In this document: positions 49,435 through 59,524 of the stretch, piece after piece | How positions within the stretch are numbered: the stretch's first letter is position 1 | Layout of the letters: each line of letters begins with the position of its first letter | Position numbers and translations under genes: made by a program | Assembly: GCA_963812015.1 (NCBI GenBank) | Contig: CAWETI010000003.1 | Coordinates: 864,001 to 928,000 of the forward strand | DNA: 64,000 nt | Direction: 5' to 3' | Source: an uncultured delta proteobacterium | Lineage (GTDB): Bacteria; Desulfobacterota; Desulfobaccia; Desulfobaccales; 0-14-0-80-60-11 | The notes under the pieces: model-generated | What the model saw: only the letters and a program-made list of their open reading frames with translations | Database searches by the model: none | What the model was told of the DNA's origin: nothing

Positions 49435-49667
49435 GCACCTATCTCCTTAGCGCCGGAGGCGAGACCGGCGTGGATTAAACTATTTTTCTCAGAATCTGTA
49501 ATCTTGTGATTCGGAGGAGCGCCAGAAAAAGGCCCTTTCCCCGGCGCGGCCTAATCTGACATAATTATCTCAGACTTGCCGGGCTGTCAAGGTTAATGGG
49601 CCGCGACCCGGCCCGGGCGGCCCTGGCCGGAAACCGCGCCCACGGTGAGGCTCAATGCCACATGGCG

Positions 49668-50330
49668 CTAAGGCCGGCGGTCAAAAAAGAATTCTTCTTC
49701 GGGCAGCTTCAAGGCGGTGAGAAAATTCCCATACACCGCGCCGGTGTCGATGCCGATCTTATTGGGCATGAGCAGGGGCTGTTTGAAGGGGGTATGCCCA
49801 AAAATGACCCGGCGGCCAAAATCTTCCTGGGAAGTGATAAATTCACCCCGGATCCACAACAGGTCGTCTTCCACCTGGTCGGCAAGGGGCACGCCGGGCT
49901 TGAGGCCGCCGTGGACGAAGATATAATCCGGGATTTCATAGTAAAGCTGCAAGTCCTGGTAAAACCGGGCGTGGTCCAGCGGCAAGGCCAGGCTGGCCCG
50001 GTCCTGGTCCACCCAGTCATCCCCCCAGTAGTCTTCCAGGGTCGCCATACCGCCGTTAAAGAGAAACATTTCGGCCGGGCTGCCCGCCAGGAAGTCCAGG
50101 AACATGGCCTCGTGGTTGCCTTTGAGGCAGATGATTTGCCCCGGGGGCGCCAGATTTTGCAGGCGGATGATATAATCCACCACCCCCTTGGACTGGGGGC
50201 CCCGATCGATATAGTCCCCCACGAACAACAGCCGGTCTTGGGTAAGATCCGGGTTGATCTTGTCCAGGAGGCGTTCCAGGGATTCCAGACTCCCGTGGAT
50301 GTCGCCGATGGCGTAGAGAGCAGCGTCCAT
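49668..50330 (-). CDS. Metallophosphoesterase (PPP-family Ser/Thr phosphatase)
   Basis: GDIHG, GDYIDRG, GNHE, GHTP and IDTG motifs. Confidence 0.92.
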   Translation of the reverse strand: MDAALYAIGDIHGSLESLERLLDKINPDLTQDRLLFVGDYIDRGPQSKGVVDYIIRLQNLAPPGQIICLKGNHEAMFLDFLAGSPAEMFLFNGGMATLEDYWGDDWVDQDRASLALPLDHARFYQDLQLYYEIPDYIFVHGGLKPGVPLADQVEDDLLWIRGEFITSQEDFGRRVIFGHTPFKQPLLMPNKIGIDTGAVYGNFLTALKLPEEEFFFDRRP

Positions 50331-50418
50331 CTGAGTCCTTAAGGGGTTCGTAGGGGCGGACCCGCGTGTCCGGCCCCTTGGGCGCACACATGGGTGCGCC
50401 CCTACAATGCCGTTTCTC

Positions 50419-51354
50419 TTACAGCCAGCGGAACAGCTTCTCCCGCCGGTCCAAGCGGGTCAGCCCCGCCTCCCGGGCCAGGCGTTGGGCCTCGACGTGC
50501 TCTTCCCCGGTGAGGAATTTTCGTAAGGCCGGATGCTCCCCGGCCCGGCCGCAGGGCCGGTACTGTCCCATGACATTGACGTAGGTGTTGGGGGAAATCT
50601 CCCGGGCCAAAAATTCCATGACCTCTTTGGTGCCGGCCAGGGCGTCGGGGAGCACCAGGTGGCGCACCAACAGGCCCCGCCGGGCCACGCCGGCCTCGTC
50701 CATCGTAAGGTCCCCCACCTGGCGGTGCATCTCTTTGAGGGCCAGGCGGGCCACCTCGGGGTAGTCCTCCGCCTGGGTTAAATCTTTGGCCACCTGGGGG
50801 TCCCAAAACTTGAAATCGGGCATGTATATATCCACCACCCCATCCAGGAGGCGCAGGGTCTCCAAGGCGTCGTAGCCGCCGGTGTTGTAGACCAAGGGGA
50901 CATGGAGCTCGCCCTGAATGGCCAGGGGCAGGGCAGTAAGAATCTGGTAGACCTGGTGGCTGGGGGTGACGAAATTAATGTTGTGGCAGCCCCGCTTCTG
51001 GAGAATGAGCATCATGGCGGCTAAATCTGCGACGCTGATCTCCTCCCCCTCCCCCCCGTGGCTGATCTCATAGTTCTGACAGAAGATGCAGTAGAGGTTG
51101 CAGTGGGTAAAGAAGATGGTGCCGGAGCCGTGGCTTCCCACCAGGGGGTCTTCTTCGCCGAAATGGGCGGAGTAGGATGACACCACGGGCAGATCGCCGG
51201 TGCGGCAGAGCCCCAATTCCCCGTGATGCCGGTCCACCAGACAGTTCCGGGGACAGAGATTACACTGGCTCAGAATGTCATAAGCCGTGGCAATCTTCGC
51301 CTTGAGCAACCCCCGGTGATGCGTCTCTAAATAGACCGGCTCCCATGCCTTCAT
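50419..51354 (-). CDS. pflX: Radical SAM protein, PflX-like
   Basis: CNLCPRNC, HFGEE, CNLYCIFCQN, NINFVTP and DIYMPDFK motifs. Confidence 0.88.
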   Translation of the reverse strand: MKAWEPVYLETHHRGLLKAKIATAYDILSQCNLCPRNCLVDRHHGELGLCRTGDLPVVSSYSAHFGEEDPLVGSHGSGTIFFTHCNLYCIFCQNYEISHGGEGEEISVADLAAMMLILQKRGCHNINFVTPSHQVYQILTALPLAIQGELHVPLVYNTGGYDALETLRLLDGVVDIYMPDFKFWDPQVAKDLTQAEDYPEVARLALKEMHRQVGDLTMDEAGVARRGLLVRHLVLPDALAGTKEVMEFLAREISPNTYVNVMGQYRPCGRAGEHPALRKFLTGEEHVEAQRLAREAGLTRLDRREKLFRWL

Positions 51355-51436
51355 GGCGGCTATCCTCGTTGGTATTTTGGGGGAGGGCGGGGGATTTTTC
51401 GTAAGGGCATCCCCCGGCCCTCCCCTCAAAACAATC

Positions 51437-53398
51437 TCACCACTCCTCCACCTCGGCCCGCCAGGGTTCCAGGAGGGTCCGGGGGAGGTCGGCGATGAAC
51501 CGGGAGGGCGAATTGACGGTCATGCCGAATTGTCTACTATAGCCGATACTGGGGAAAATAACCGCCAGATAGTTCCGGGCCCGCGTTGCGGCCACGTACA
51601 TGAGGCGGCGCTCCTCCTCCATTTCCTCGTCCCCTTCCTGGGAGTAAAAGCCCGGGAAGCGGCCTTCCGCGGCCCAAATGATAAACACAGCGTCCCATTC
51701 GAGGCCCTTGGCGGAGTGCACCGTGGACAGGGTCAGGTATGCATCGGTGGGCGTGACCACATCCGCCAGGCTGCTGGGGGGCTCCAGGGTCAGGTCATTC
51801 AGGAAAGTCTGAAGCTCCTTATAACGGGCGGTGATGGTCAGGAGGTGTTCCAGGTCCTTCATGCGTTTAGGGTAGTCATCATAGCGGGCCTTGGCCAGGG
51901 GTTCGTAATAGGCCAGGGTATGGTTCATGCGGGTCATCAGGGTCTGGCCGGAAGCGTTGAGGGCTTCCAGTAGGTCGGCCAGGTCCTTTAACTCTGTGGA
52001 ACGGCGTTGATGCCGCAGCCATTTCACCCCGGCCGTGAGATCAAAGCCGCCCTGGACCTGGGCGTTGAACTTGTTGCAGGTTTGCCGTCCCACCCCCGGG
52101 AGCAGGAGGAGCAGCCGGGTCCAGCTCATGGTATCTTTGGGGTTGGCCACCACCTTCAGGTGGGCCAGGAGATCCTTGATGTGGGCGCTTTCCATGAATT
52201 TAAAGCCCCCGAACTTCATGAAGGGGAGGCCGGCGCGCACCAGTTCGATTTCCAGGTCGAAGGAATGGTAGCCGGCCCGGATGAGGACCGCGATCTGGTT
52301 TAAGGGCGTGCCCTGCTCCAGCAGGTCCTGCACCTGGGCCACCACCAGCCTGGACTGCTCGTTTTCCGTGGCGGCCCGGAAGAGGCGGGGGCGCGTGCCG
52401 TCGGCCCGGCGGGTGAACAGACATTTGGTGTATTTGTCCCGGGCCCCGGCGATGATGGCGTTGGCCAGGTCCAGGATGGGCTGGGTGCTGCGGTAATTCT
52501 CTTCCAGTTTGATGATCCGGGTGCCGGGGAACAGGTTGGGGAAATCCATGATGTTCCGGAAGTTGGCCCCCCGAAAGGAATAAATGGACTGGGAGTCGTC
52601 GCCCACGGCCATGACGTTCTTATGGGAGTAGGCCAGGAGCTGCACCAGTTCGGCCTGGAGGCGGTTGGTGTCCTGGTATTCGTCCACCATCAGGTAGCGG
52701 AAGCGTTGGGACAGGTGGCGGCGCACGTCTTCGTGCTCGGTCAGGAGGCGCCGGCCCTCCAGGAGCAGGTCGTCATAGTCCAGCAAGGCGTGGCGGCGCT
52801 TTTCGTCCTGGTAGGCCGCGGCCATTTTGGCCAGGTGGTCCCGCTGCTCCAGGAACTGGGAGTAGTCCCGGGAGAGCAGAAAATCCAGGGACAAGTCCTT
52901 ATTGACCACCGCGCCCAGGATCTCGGCTATGGTCTCTTTCCGGGGAAACGGCCCGGAGAGCTTTTTAAAGCCCAGGCGCTCCTTGAGCAGGTTAAGGAGA
53001 TCGCCCTGGTCGGCGCGGTCCATGACCGTAAAGCCTTTGGGATAACCCAGGCGCTCGCCGTACTGGCGGAGCCAGAGGTAACAGATGCCGTGAAAGGTGC
53101 CCCCCACCACCTGGCCCAGGGCCTGGTTCAACAGATGCACCGCCCGGGTCAGCATTTCCCGGGAGGCCTTGCGGGTAAAGGTGAGGAGCAGGATGGCCCC
53201 GGGGTCCACCCCGTGCTCCACCAGATAGGCCAGGCGGTAGACCAGGGTGCGGGTCTTGCCGCTGCCGGCCCCGGCGATGACCAGGATGGGCCCCTCCAGG
53301 GTGGTCACCGCCTCATACTGGGCCGGATTGAGCTCTTTTTGGTAATCAATCCGGGGCGCCGGGGGATCGTGAGGTTCTGGTTTGAATATGTAGGGCAT
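51437..53398 (-). CDS. UvrD/Rep-family ATP-dependent DNA helicase
   Basis: AGAGSGKT, VDEYQDTN, GDDSQSIYSFRGA, ENYRST, HSAKGLEW and EERRLMYVA.TRA motifs. Confidence 0.95.
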   Translation of the reverse strand: MPYIFKPEPHDPPAPRIDYQKELNPAQYEAVTTLEGPILVIAGAGSGKTRTLVYRLAYLVEHGVDPGAILLLTFTRKASREMLTRAVHLLNQALGQVVGGTFHGICYLWLRQYGERLGYPKGFTVMDRADQGDLLNLLKERLGFKKLSGPFPRKETIAEILGAVVNKDLSLDFLLSRDYSQFLEQRDHLAKMAAAYQDEKRRHALLDYDDLLLEGRRLLTEHEDVRRHLSQRFRYLMVDEYQDTNRLQAELVQLLAYSHKNVMAVGDDSQSIYSFRGANFRNIMDFPNLFPGTRIIKLEENYRSTQPILDLANAIIAGARDKYTKCLFTRRADGTRPRLFRAATENEQSRLVVAQVQDLLEQGTPLNQIAVLIRAGYHSFDLEIELVRAGLPFMKFGGFKFMESAHIKDLLAHLKVVANPKDTMSWTRLLLLLPGVGRQTCNKFNAQVQGGFDLTAGVKWLRHQRRSTELKDLADLLEALNASGQTLMTRMNHTLAYYEPLAKARYDDYPKRMKDLEHLLTITARYKELQTFLNDLTLEPPSSLADVVTPTDAYLTLSTVHSAKGLEWDAVFIIWAAEGRFPGFYSQEGDEEMEEERRLMYVAATRARNYLAVIFPSIGYSRQFGMTVNSPSRFIADLPRTLLEPWRAEVEEW

Positions 53399-53557
53399 AT
53401 TTTTGATTTGGGGGAGGGAGCTATGGGCTTTTTCGCAAGTGGCCCCTACCCCTTCCCCCAAAACCCCATCCCCAACCCCTTACAGGGGGCTGGGAGGGGA
53501 GCTTGAGGGGAGGGCGGGGGATTCTTCGTAAGGGCGTCCCCCGGTCCTCCCCTCATC

Positions 53558-55069
53558 TCATCCTTTCTTAAAATAATCAACAATCGCCGCGGCCAGGGCC
53601 GCGATGGTGAACGAGTCCGGCTCGATCTGGGGCGTGAGGCCGTATTCGTTCAGGGTGGCCGTGGTGATGGGGCCGATGGAGGCCACGGTGGCCCCGGTGG
53701 CCAGTTTCTGAAAGGCATTTTTGCCCAGCAGCCCGGCGAAGTTGTGGACCGTGCTCGAGCTGGTGAAGGTGAGGATATCCACCCGGCCCGCCGCAAGCAA
53801 CTCGGCGGCCTCCGGCGGAACGGTCCGGGGCGGCAGGGCCCGATACACCGGCACCACCTCGACCTCGGCCCCAAGTCGGGTCAGGCCCTGGGGCAGGACG
53901 TCCCGGGCCTGCTCGGCCCGGGCCAGGAGGATTTTGGCCCCAGGAGTGATCTGCGGCGTTAAAACCTCCAGCAACCCCTCCGCCTGGAAGGTGTTGGGCA
54001 CCACATCCGCCACCAGGCCGTAGTCTTTCAAAGCCTGGGCCGTGGCCGGGCCGATGGCCGCGAGCTGAGCGCCTCCCAGCGTCCGGACATCCCGGCCTTG
54101 ATGGAAGAGCCGGTCCATAAAGGCGCGCACTCCGTTGGCGCTGGTGAAGATGACCCAGGCAAACCGGGGGAGATTTTGCAAGGCCGCGTCCAGGGGGGCG
54201 AAATCGGCGGGGGGCGCGATCTCGATGGTGGGAACTTCCAGGCACTGGGCCCCGGCGGCGCTGAGCCTGGCCACCAGGTGGCTGGCCTGGTCCCGGGACC
54301 GGGTCACCACCACGGTTTTGCCCCACAGGGGCCGGTTTTCCCACCAAGTGAGGGGACCGGCCAATTCCACCACGCCGCCCACCACCAGCACCGCCGGGGG
54401 CTTGATGTCGGCCTCGCGAGCCCGGGCCGCGACGGTGGCCAGGGTCCCCACCACGGTGCGCTGAGCCAGGGTGGTGCCCGATTGAATCACCGCCGCCGGG
54501 GTTTCCGCAGCCCGGCCCGCGTCGATGAGGCGGAGGCAGTTTTCCGCCAGATTTTTCACCCCCATGAGGAAGACCAGGGTGCCGGGGTTTTGCCCCAGGG
54601 CGGCCCAGGGAATGGTGCTGGCTTCCTTGGTGGGGTCTTCGTGGCCGGTGATGAAGGTCACCAGGGTGGTGTAGCGCCGGTGGGTCACCGGGATGCCGGC
54701 GTAGGCCGGCACCGCCACCGCCGAGGTCACCCCGGGCACCACTTCAAAGGGGATACCGGCCGCGGCCAGCTCTTCGGCTTCCTCGCCGCCCCGGCCGAAG
54801 ACAAAGGGGTCGCCCCCCTTGAGGCGCACCACCGTGAGGCCGGCCCGGGCCTTGGCCACCAACAGTTCGTTGATGCCCCCCTGGGGCACCGCGTGGGCTC
54901 CGGCCTTCTTGCCCACATAGAGGATTTCGGCCCCCGGGGGGGCTTCCTGGAGGAGCGCCGGGCTGGCCAACTGATCATAGACCACGACGTCGGCCCGGCG
55001 TAACAATTCCAGGCCCTTCACCGTGATCAATCCCGGGTCTCCGGGCCCGGCGCCAACCAAGTAAACCAT
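53558..55069 (-). CDS. cobA/hemD: Fused uroporphyrinogen-III C-methyltransferase / uroporphyrinogen-III synthase
   Basis: VYLVGAGPGDPGL, RLKGGDPFVFGRGGEE; HemD FTSANGV and FTSSSTV motifs. Confidence 0.95.
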   Translation of the reverse strand: MVYLVGAGPGDPGLITVKGLELLRRADVVVYDQLASPALLQEAPPGAEILYVGKKAGAHAVPQGGINELLVAKARAGLTVVRLKGGDPFVFGRGGEEAEELAAAGIPFEVVPGVTSAVAVPAYAGIPVTHRRYTTLVTFITGHEDPTKEASTIPWAALGQNPGTLVFLMGVKNLAENCLRLIDAGRAAETPAAVIQSGTTLAQRTVVGTLATVAARAREADIKPPAVLVVGGVVELAGPLTWWENRPLWGKTVVVTRSRDQASHLVARLSAAGAQCLEVPTIEIAPPADFAPLDAALQNLPRFAWVIFTSANGVRAFMDRLFHQGRDVRTLGGAQLAAIGPATAQALKDYGLVADVVPNTFQAEGLLEVLTPQITPGAKILLARAEQARDVLPQGLTRLGAEVEVVPVYRALPPRTVPPEAAELLAAGRVDILTFTSSSTVHNFAGLLGKNAFQKLATGATVASIGPITTATLNEYGLTPQIEPDSFTIAALAAAIVDYFKKG

Positions 55070-55247
55070 AAATTTATCTTAACATAATTTTTGCGGGGCT
55101 GGGACTTCGTCCCGCCCCGCAAGATACAAGATAAAAGAAAAAGGTAAATTGAGGGGAGGACCGGGGGAAGTCAATTCCCCCGCCCTCCCCTCAAACTCCC
55201 CTCCCAACCCCCTGCAAGGGGGAAACCGGGACCTATAGCCTCGCTTC

Positions 55248-55826
55248 TTAATGACAGCTCTGGCAGCCCCGGCGCGTTTCGATGCCGTCCACCACGCCGC
55301 GGTATTTTTCGTGGATCAGCAAACGGTCGAACTCCTGCATCCGGGCCAGCAAATCGGCCTGCTCGGCCTCGCTGAAATAGGCCATGCAGGGGATAAAGAA
55401 GTGTTTGTCTTCTTTGTCGATGTGCCGGGGATAGAACTCCACCAGCTTTCCCATGTGCTTCATGAGGTCGTTAAGCGCCCCGGGCTGTTCCAGGAGATAC
55501 CCTGCTTTGGCTTTGACCAGGCCGGCAGTGGTTTCCCGGGCCCAGGCATGTTCTTTAATCAAGTCAGCCATGGTCTGCCGGTGTTCCGGGGACAGGTCTT
55601 TAGCCGCCAGGGCCTTGAACAGGAGGTCTTCCTCCTTGCCGTGGTGGCAGCGGTCGGCATAGGTATGGATGAAATCCACCGCGGTGTCGATGAACACCGG
55701 GTCCACAAAGGCGAAGGCCGCGTCCACGGCGATGTTATCCTTGATCCGCTGGAATTCCCGCTGCATCTGGTTGAGCATGCGCTCGATCAGACGGTGTTCG
55801 ATCATCAAAGGGCCGATGGGTTGCAT
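55248..55826 (-). CDS. Hemerythrin/HHE domain protein
   Basis: EHRLI, HHGKEE, EH and HIDKED motifs. Confidence 0.88.
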   Translation of the reverse strand: MQPIGPLMIEHRLIERMLNQMQREFQRIKDNIAVDAAFAFVDPVFIDTAVDFIHTYADRCHHGKEEDLLFKALAAKDLSPEHRQTMADLIKEHAWARETTAGLVKAKAGYLLEQPGALNDLMKHMGKLVEFYPRHIDKEDKHFFIPCMAYFSEAEQADLLARMQEFDRLLIHEKYRGVVDGIETRRGCQSCH

Positions 55827-55925
55827 TATCTGAATTCCTCTTTTTCTGGTGGGCAGTGCCCACCCTACATTTAGCCGCCGATGAACGCCGATCCACGCGG
55901 ATAAAAATCTGCGTTTATCGGCGGT

Positions 55926-57044
55926 TTAGACTTTCACCAGCTCGTAGGCCCGGGTCCCCAGGCCCAGGGATTCGGCGTATGCCAACTGGATGGGCCAGTC
56001 AACCTGGGGGTAGATCTCCTTGAACTTGTCGGCCCCGGGGCTCAGGTCCTGGAGGCAGGAGCCGGCCAGCCCCGGGCTGGCCAGCACCAGGTCGGCGCTG
56101 GCCTGGTCGATGGCCACCGGGTCCCGGGAGGCCAGGATGCCGATGTCCCCCACGATGGGCAGGTCGTTGTGGCCGTAGCAGTCGCAGGCGGGGGAGACCT
56201 GGGTGATGAAGTTGACGAACACGCTCCGGTCGCGCTTGGTGGTCATGACACCGTAAGCGTATTCCATCATCTTCTGCAAAAAGACCGGGATGGATTCGTT
56301 CCACTGAATCTGGATGTTGCCGTAGGGGCAGACCAGGATGCATTCGGCGCAGCCCACGCATTCGGAGGGGTCAATGACCGCCTTTTCCGTCTCGGGGTTG
56401 ATGCCGATGGCCTCCTGGGCGCAATGGGCGATGCACTCGCCGCAGCCGGTACATTTTTTGGCGTTCACCGCCGGGGCGATGTTGGAGTGCTGGGAGAGCT
56501 TGCCTTTCCGGGAGGCGCAGCCCATGCCCAGGTTCTTCAGGGCGCCGCCGAAGCCCGAGAGTTCGTGCAGCTTGAAGTGGCTCAAGGTCACCAGGGCTTC
56601 GGCTTCAACGATGGCCTCGGCCAAATAGACGGACTTGAACTGCTCTTTATTGATCTTCACCTCCACTTCCGCCTTGCCGGTGAGGCCGTCGGCAATAACC
56701 AGGGGCGCCCGCACCACCGCGTAGGCAAAGCCGTTTTCGATGGCGGTGGTGAGATGGCTGACGGACTCGCTCCGGGTGCCCACGTACACGGTGTTGGCGT
56801 CGGTGAGGAAGGGGCGGCCCCCCAGGTCCCAGAGCTTGTCCACCACCTGGCGCACATAGAGGGGCCGGATGAAGGCGGCGTTGCCCTTCTCGCCGAAATG
56901 GAGCTTCACCGCCACCAGGGGGCGCTTTTTGCGGCGGTGGATGATGGTCTTGATGTCCAGGGCGTCCAGGAGCCGCTGGAACTTCTTAAAATTGGGCTCC
57001 TTGGCGGAGGCCCGGAGATCCATCATAAAAACCTGACTGGGCAT
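55926..57044 (-). CDS. DUF362 protein with 2[4Fe-4S] ferredoxin domain
   Basis: K.HFGE.GN, GGALKNLGMGC, two CxxCxxCxxxC motifs, DPVAIDQAS. Confidence 0.9.
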   Translation of the reverse strand: MPSQVFMMDLRASAKEPNFKKFQRLLDALDIKTIIHRRKKRPLVAVKLHFGEKGNAAFIRPLYVRQVVDKLWDLGGRPFLTDANTVYVGTRSESVSHLTTAIENGFAYAVVRAPLVIADGLTGKAEVEVKINKEQFKSVYLAEAIVEAEALVTLSHFKLHELSGFGGALKNLGMGCASRKGKLSQHSNIAPAVNAKKCTGCGECIAHCAQEAIGINPETEKAVIDPSECVGCAECILVCPYGNIQIQWNESIPVFLQKMMEYAYGVMTTKRDRSVFVNFITQVSPACDCYGHNDLPIVGDIGILASRDPVAIDQASADLVLASPGLAGSCLQDLSPGADKFKEIYPQVDWPIQLAYAESLGLGTRAYELVKV

Positions 57045-57218
57045 GGCGTCCTCAAGTTCATTGGTTAGTTAGTTGTATTGACATCATTGTCCAACGAGTT
57101 TATTGCCAACCAAGGTATAGGTGACAATCTTTTTTACCGTAGGGCAGCAGGCCGGATCGTTGGGGCCATGGGTCACCATGTCAATGATAATCTTCCCTGA
57201 TCTCTATAAGGGAATTTT

Positions 57219-59489
57219 TTAATTAATGTCATTGAGTTTCCTAATAATGGGGTCTTGTGAACTAATAGGCGCTGAAATAATTTGGCGAACTCTTGAATAA
57301 TTTCTTCTAACTGGCAACCATATTGGCTCAGTTGATGATTCACTCTGAATTGCAAGTTCATCTTGCCTAAGAATATTTAAAACATTTTCCACATATCTCT
57401 TTTCTCTATGGTCAAGGCCTCTAAAAAGAGCTGATTGCCTTCGTCCGGAACCCGCTTGAAGATATAATTTTCTTAGGATAGATAACGCAACTTTTAATGG
57501 ATTAGGAAGAGAAGAATCAAGTATTTCTTTGGTAGTGGCCATTTCTTCGCTAAATTCTTCAAATTCGCATTGATCATCAAATATTTCTTTGGGCAAGTCA
57601 CTTTTTGATACTCTCCCAATAATTGTACCTATTAAGCAAGATTGGAAATTAGGACAATATTGTGGCTTAATTTCTGAATCAATTTCTATTTGTTGAAATA
57701 CACATTCCCTAAATGTTATTCCTGAAAAATTTCCAATATTTCTATCTAAGAAAATATTCTCAATCAATATATCATCTAAAATTAAATTATGACCCCAATA
57801 AGTCTCTCCCATCTCTAAGAGAATTTGAACTAAATCTGAAGCTAAATAAGTAGCTTGCAATTTTTCGTCCGCATGCCAAGCAGCGTTAGAAATTTGCTTT
57901 GATGTATAAGCAACTTGTCGACATTTTCTTGCTGCCAAGTCTCTACCTAATTGACCAATAGCGCATTGCCATTTATTAAAGGGCAAATATATTTCTTCAT
58001 AGGGAGCCCTGATATAATTAATCAAATCACCAACTCTTGCGATATCAACCATATCACGATCGATAAAATACCGTGAACCATCCTCGGGGTCAGAAACAGC
58101 AAGCCCTGGCAACCGTTGAAGCAGTATAAGAGCTTGCTCATCAGGTTCATAACCAGAAACTTCACGAAAGGTTTCAGCAATCTCTCCAGGACTAAGTGGC
58201 CCTATTCCTTGAAAATAATTCCGAGCCCTTGATGCTAGCCTTTCGATGACTTTTCTTACGCTATCTCCGCTTATCCCAACGTCAATGGCAGCTTCTCGTT
58301 CGCAAACCCTCTCTAATATAATGTCCCATCCCTCGGCAGGGGTCAATTTGGGATCATCACCAATTGTCTGCTGCAAAACGCCTTTTGCAGCAAGGTAACC
58401 TATTAAAAGAGGCCTGCATGGTAACCACAAGGGTATTTCTCCCTTCCATCCCCTTTTCTCAAGATATGCTGCAACTTGATCTTCTGTAAAATCACTCAAA
58501 CTTAAGCAATTAACTTCTCCTTGAAATCCTATTGACCGCCTTAATTCTTTTTCATGATCAAAGTAATGAGCTCGTCCAGCTATAATTAAACCCACATAAG
58601 CTGGTGTATCAGCCACAAATTCTCGAATTAATCCCATTGATTGATAACGCAAATCCTTAAGCCTTTTAGGGATGCCTGTCCATCCAGGAGACCCAAGTTC
58701 ATCAAAACCATCTAATAATAATATCGCATATCCTGCGCGCCAAGCCCTCACCAAATGATGAGGCTGGGGGTAGCCTATGTTCCTGGCATGTCTCTCCAAA
58801 GCTTCTGCAGCATTCCTTTGACCATGGTGATCACGCAAGTTAAGCAATATGGGGAAGATATATGTTCTATTGTTTAAATAATCCGACCTGAGGGCAAAAA
58901 ATATCTCACGTAATGTTGTGCTTTTCCCTGCCCCATAATCACCTATAAGAATTAATCTTCTACCATTTTGAAGTTGGCTAGAAATATTGTCCAAAGACCA
59001 TAAATTACCTGATTCATCACAAAGATCCATAGAAACATAATTAGTTCTTTTGTCAGCATTTCCTGTTTCCGGATCTCTGGCGCTGCCGAAGGGATAATCC
59101 TTTCTAGACATCAAATAATGTTTAGCATCTATAAGTTTAGAACGAAAAACATCATATGAAACTGCCGCAATATCATGACCATAAGACCTAATAGTAGATC
59201 GCTGGTCCGCAGTTGGTTCATGCTTTGTTACAAACCATCCTTTCGCTGCTTTATCTGGAAATATTCTTCGAATTTTTGGTAAAACTTTTGAGAGTTTTTT
59301 CCCATCATCAGTTGCTTTTTGTTGACTTCTTGATATGGTACATTCTATAGCATGAACACATTCTTCCGAAATAAATATCCCATCACGTTCTTGACCATCG
59401 ATTTTAACTGCTCCAGCTCCTATGTCTTTTGGCCATAGCAGACGAGCTACTTTGCGAACTTCTTCTTCGAATTCTCTGCCTTCATCCAT
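57219..59489 (-). CDS. NACHT-type STAND NTPase with an N-terminal restriction-endonuclease-like domain (candidate anti-phage)
   Basis: GREFEEEV...ERDG...IECT N-terminus; Walker A GDYGAGKST; Walker B LLLDGFDE; AT-rich compared with its neighbours. Confidence 0.8.
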   Translation of the reverse strand: MDEGREFEEEVRKVARLLWPKDIGAGAVKIDGQERDGIFISEECVHAIECTISRSQQKATDDGKKLSKVLPKIRRIFPDKAAKGWFVTKHEPTADQRSTIRSYGHDIAAVSYDVFRSKLIDAKHYLMSRKDYPFGSARDPETGNADKRTNYVSMDLCDESGNLWSLDNISSQLQNGRRLILIGDYGAGKSTTLREIFFALRSDYLNNRTYIFPILLNLRDHHGQRNAAEALERHARNIGYPQPHHLVRAWRAGYAILLLDGFDELGSPGWTGIPKRLKDLRYQSMGLIREFVADTPAYVGLIIAGRAHYFDHEKELRRSIGFQGEVNCLSLSDFTEDQVAAYLEKRGWKGEIPLWLPCRPLLIGYLAAKGVLQQTIGDDPKLTPAEGWDIILERVCEREAAIDVGISGDSVRKVIERLASRARNYFQGIGPLSPGEIAETFREVSGYEPDEQALILLQRLPGLAVSDPEDGSRYFIDRDMVDIARVGDLINYIRAPYEEIYLPFNKWQCAIGQLGRDLAARKCRQVAYTSKQISNAAWHADEKLQATYLASDLVQILLEMGETYWGHNLILDDILIENIFLDRNIGNFSGITFRECVFQQIEIDSEIKPQYCPNFQSCLIGTIIGRVSKSDLPKEIFDDQCEFEEFSEEMATTKEILDSSLPNPLKVALSILRKLYLQAGSGRRQSALFRGLDHREKRYVENVLNILRQDELAIQSESSTEPIWLPVRRNYSRVRQIISAPISSQDPIIRKLNDIN

Positions 59490-59524
59490 ATACTGACTCC
59501 CCTATTGAAAACATTAACCCTTAA

